NCBI GenBank assembly: GCA_035702925.1
Contig: DASSZC010000436.1
Location: 1-37,275 of the forward strand
Origin: Gemmatimonadaceae bacterium
Lineage (GTDB): Bacteria > Gemmatimonadota > Gemmatimonadetes > Gemmatimonadales > Gemmatimonadaceae
Direction: 5' to 3'
Length of the DNA: 37,275 bases
Part shown: positions 34,269 through 37,275 of the stretch, piece after piece
How positions within the stretch are numbered: the stretch's first letter is position 1
Layout of the letters: every line of letters begins with the position of its first letter
Notes under the pieces: generated by a model
Seen by the model: the letters and a program-made list of their open reading frames with translations, nothing else
What the model was told of the DNA's origin: nothing
Database searches by the model: none
Position numbers and translations under genes: made by a program

Positions 34269-35453
34269 CTAACGCGCGATGGTCTCGGCGATCGCCAGGT
34301 TCTCGGCGACGTGCTTCGCCCCGCGCATGCCGACAAGCGCGGTGGTGATCCCGGGAACGCCGCGGACGAAGGCGAGCGCGCGCTGGGCGTCGGTGTCGTA
34401 GCGCGGGAGCGCGTCGCGAACGGCGGCCGGGAGCGAACGGGCGAGCGCCGACTGCATGAGCGACGCGCTGGCGACGACGACGAGCCCGAGCTCCGACGCG
34501 GCCTCGAGCGCGGTACGCTCGCGCGTGCCGACCCGCTGGGTCGGCGTCCGCAGCGCTTCGCTCATCGCGAGGTTCACCGGGAGCTGCACATACTGGAAGT
34601 GATGCGCATCGCCCGCCACTTCGCGCGCGGCGCCGACCAGCTCCTCGAGGGAGAGGCTCTCCCGCGATTCGGGATCGACGCGGAGCCCGTTCCAGGTCGC
34701 GCAGCCGTAGGCGGCGATGTCGCCGGCCTCGACGCGTGACTCGAGGGCCTCGAAGGCGCGGACGACCCGGCGCCGGAACAGCTCGCGCCCGATCGTCGCG
34801 ACCTGCTGCTCGGGGTTGTGCAGATAATAGACGTCTATGGTTTCGAGCCCGAGGTTGGCGCGGCTGCGGGCAACCTGGTCGGCGAGATAGCCCGGAGCCA
34901 TGCAGTGCCCGCCACCGACGACGTCCTCGGGGCGCATCACGCCGCGGGCGAAGTACTCGCGCTCGATGAGCTGGTTGTATTCGTCGCGCGACGCGGGAGG
35001 GCTCCCGTCGAGGGGGATGTACCCTCCCTTGCTGCAGACGATCACCTCGTCGCGACGCGCGACCCCGTCGTCGAAGAGCGCGGTGAGCGCGCGGCCGACG
35101 ACGCGCTCCGAGCGCTGGCAGCGATAGTTGATCGCCGTGTCGATGACGTTGAGGCCAGCGGTGACCGCCGCGCGCAACGCTTCCTCGTAGCGACGGTCGT
35201 CGGCGTCGTCCGGCTCGCCGAGGTAGGTGCCGATGCCGATCGACGAGACGAGGAGGGCGCCGGCGGCGGGGCGGTAGAAGTCGGGAATGCGCTCGGGCGC
35301 GAAGCGCGCGGCGATGCGCTCGGTCCCGGTCACGGTGGCGCGCGCTCCACCGCCGGCATGCGCGACCGCGCTTGCGCCGGAGCTGGCGACCGCCGTCGCG
35401 GCCGACTCACCCCGCCCTCCCTCGTGACCCGCTGAACGTCCGGTATTCATCAT
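34269..35453 (-). CDS. aldo/keto reductase family oxidoreductase
   Basis: Track ORF. Contains IGIGTYLG, NVIDTAINYR and YYLHNPE. The Gly/Ala-rich N-terminal roughly 45 aa suggest the true start is further downstream. Confidence 0.85.
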   Translation of the reverse strand: MMNTGRSAGHEGGRGESAATAVASSGASAVAHAGGGARATVTGTERIAARFAPERIPDFYRPAAGALLVSSIGIGTYLGEPDDADDRRYEEALRAAVTAGLNVIDTAINYRCQRSERVVGRALTALFDDGVARRDEVIVCSKGGYIPLDGSPPASRDEYNQLIEREYFARGVMRPEDVVGGGHCMAPGYLADQVARSRANLGLETIDVYYLHNPEQQVATIGRELFRRRVVRAFEALESRVEAGDIAAYGCATWNGLRVDPESRESLSLEELVGAAREVAGDAHHFQYVQLPVNLAMSEALRTPTQRVGTRERTALEAASELGLVVVASASLMQSALARSLPAAVRDALPRYDTDAQRALAFVRGVPGITTALVGMRGAKHVAENLAIAETIAR

Positions 35454-35623
35454 GCGATGGGGACGCTATGGGGAGTGTGCTGTCGAAGCAAGGGCGTGCG
35501 AGCGTTGCGCTGCCCTTCCATCACCGGCGGCCGGTCCCCAACGTTCATGAAACCGGCGTCGTTCGCGGCGGTCCTCCCGTCGCGGTGGCGCTCTCGTCGT
35601 CCCCATTCCGGCCAGGTGCACTC

Positions 35624-37275
35624 GTGAGACAGGCTTTCACCGCGTTGTTGCTCCTCGGAGCGGCGGCCTGCAGCCGCAACAAGCCGCAAGTCGTCACTCC
35701 CGTTCCCATCGACAGTGCACGCGTCGTCGTCGAGTCGATGGGCCGCTCGGCGAAGACGTTCGTGACCACCGCCGACGATCCATTCGTGCGGATCGACCGG
35801 ATGGAATGGCCAGGACCGAACCGCTTCCGGTCCGCCGACGGACAGCCGGGGCCGGAGTACTGGCAACAGCGTGCCGACTACATCATCAGCGCGACGCTCG
35901 ACACCGCGGGGCGCTCGGTGACCGGCAGCGTGACGATCAAGTACACGAACAACTCTCCCGACACCCTTCGCTTCGTCTGGCTGCAGGTCGACCAGAATCT
36001 CTACCGTCCGGGGAGCAAGGGCTCGGTCATCAATCCAGCCGACAGCCGGTGGGGCGCGCGCAACTTCCAGGGTGGCTACGACATCAGCGCACTCACGGTC
36101 GACGGCAAGGCGCAGGCGCCGAAGGTCGACGACACGATGATGCGCATCGACCTCGAAAAGCCGATCGCCCCGAAGGGTGGGACGGCGACGATCGCGATGA
36201 GCTTCCGCTTCCTCGTTCCCGATCATGGGTCCGACCGGATGGGACGCGACGGGACGCTGTACGAGATCGCGCAGTGGTACCCGAGGATGGCGGTCTATGA
36301 CGACGTTCGCGGGTGGAACACCGATCCGTACCTCGGGCAAGGGGAGTTCTACCTCGAGTACGGCGATTACGACTACTCGGTAACGGTTCCCGCCGGCTAC
36401 ACCGTCGCCGGGAGCGGGCTGCTGCAGAACGCGAGCGAGGTGCTGACGGCGAGCGAGCGGCAGCGGCTCGCGCAGGCGGCGACGTCGACGAACGTCGTCC
36501 AGATCATCACGGCGGCCGAGTCGGCGCCGAAGAAGACGGCGGGGACGAAGACGTGGAAGTTCCACGCCGACAACGTGCACGACGTCGCGTGGGCCGCCGC
36601 CCCCGACATGCGGTGGGACGCGGTGAGCACGGGCCCGATCGCGAACAACGAGAAGGGAGTGCTGGCGCAGGCCTACTACGTGTGGCCGCGGGCGGGGGCC
36701 GGGTGGGAGAATGGCGCGGAGAACACCCAGTGGACGATCCGCACGTACTCGTCGCTGTTCTATCCGTTCCCGTATCCGCAGGCGTCGTCCGTCGCCGGCC
36801 CGGTGGGGGGAATGGAGTATCCGATGTTCGTGATGGTGCACTACGCGCAGAACGCGCAAGGCGCCTTCGGGACGATCGATCACGAGCATGGCCACGAGTG
36901 GTTCCCGATGATCGTCAGCAGCAACGAACGGCGCTACGCGTGGATGGACGAGGGGTTCAACACCTACATCAACGCCTTCTCGAACGAGCTGCGCACGCCG
37001 GCGAAGCCGGTCTGGCCGGTCTACATGGCGAACTGGCGGGACATCCAGGGGAAGGGAATCTCCGCGCCGCTGATGACGCCGCCCGACCGGATCGACCCGG
37101 CAGCGTTAGGCGCGATCGGCTATCGCAAGCCGGCGGCGGTGCTGCTGACGCTGCGCGACCATGTCGTCGGCCGCGAGACCTTCGACCGCGCCTTCCGCGA
37201 GTACGCGCGGCGCTGGGCGTACAAGCACCCGACTCCCGCCGACTTCTTCCGCACCGTCGAGAACGTGAGTGGCAC
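35624..37275 (+). CDS. M1-family zinc metallopeptidase lipoprotein (C-terminus cut by window edge)
   Basis: The frame is open from the GTG at 35624 to the window end, so it is absent from the track. Signal/lipobox VRQAFTALLLLGAAAC. Zinc motif HEHGHEWFP with WMDEGFNTY 18 residues later (HExxH-X18-E). Confidence 0.85.
   Translation, partial: MRQAFTALLLLGAAACSRNKPQVVTPVPIDSARVVVESMGRSAKTFVTTADDPFVRIDRMEWPGPNRFRSADGQPGPEYWQQRADYIISATLDTAGRSVTGSVTIKYTNNSPDTLRFVWLQVDQNLYRPGSKGSVINPADSRWGARNFQGGYDISALTVDGKAQAPKVDDTMMRIDLEKPIAPKGGTATIAMSFRFLVPDHGSDRMGRDGTLYEIAQWYPRMAVYDDVRGWNTDPYLGQGEFYLEYGDYDYSVTVPAGYTVAGSGLLQNASEVLTASERQRLAQAATSTNVVQIITAAESAPKKTAGTKTWKFHADNVHDVAWAAAPDMRWDAVSTGPIANNEKGVLAQAYYVWPRAGAGWENGAENTQWTIRTYSSLFYPFPYPQASSVAGPVGGMEYPMFVMVHYAQNAQGAFGTIDHEHGHEWFPMIVSSNERRYAWMDEGFNTYINAFSNELRTPAKPVWPVYMANWRDIQGKGISAPLMTPPDRIDPAALGAIGYRKPAAVLLTLRDHVVGRETFDRAFREYARRWAYKHPTPADFFRTVENVSG

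Noticed and set aside
35450-36895. 481-aa minus-strand ORF
   Set aside because: It is antisense to the M1 peptidase frame, which carries HExxH-X18-E and a lipoprotein signal. This is a shadow ORF.
1-37275. TTAGGC as a telomere-like unit; also a check for CRISPR arrays, tRNA/rRNA genes, IS elements or integrases
   Set aside because: TTAGGC never occurs in tandem, so its identity to the nematode telomere hexamer is coincidental. I found no spaced direct-repeat arrays, tRNA-like cloverleaf ends (GGTTCGAATCC-type) or transposase/integrase-like ORFs by eye.

Overview
This is a very GC-rich bacterial chromosome segment (about 70% G+C by eye, not computed; taxon not determinable from sequence alone). 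It is densely packed with housekeeping genes, and I found no rRNA, tRNA, CRISPR array, IS element or prophage. Main content, in order: mnmG (cut by the left edge), a small membrane/hydrolase cluster, an ABC-F ATPase, murB, and an M16 peptidase pair. A nine-gene histidine operon follows on the minus strand (hisG-D-C-H-A-B-F-N-IE). Beyond it lie a cupredoxin lipoprotein, a Wzc-like membrane protein, msrC, an HD-domain protein, ispG, cspA, an Smr protein, a Crp-family regulator, a rhodanese, hydrolases, an NHL-repeat redoxin, an aldo/keto reductase and an M1 peptidase (cut by the right edge). Many long ORFs in the supplied track are antisense shadows or chimeras, as expected at this GC content; I trimmed or rejected them. 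Four observations deserve a second look. (1) An in-frame TGA sits exactly at the first Cys of the CxxC redox motif of the thioredoxin-fold/NHL protein, with a SECIS-like hairpin downstream, making it a candidate selenoprotein. The ORF track splits this gene. (2) The 8-mer CGTTAGGC occurs 21 times on both strands, against roughly 1-2 expected, and accounts for almost all TTA Leu codons and several stop codons. (3) A His-rich leader peptide plus an intrinsic terminator lies upstream of hisG, a classical attenuator missed by the ORF track. (4) A perfect TGTGA-N6-TCACA palindrome lies in the cupredoxin promoter, with a Crp-family regulator 10 kb away. All coordinates were indexed by hand and may be off by 1-2 nt. 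No database search or folding was run.
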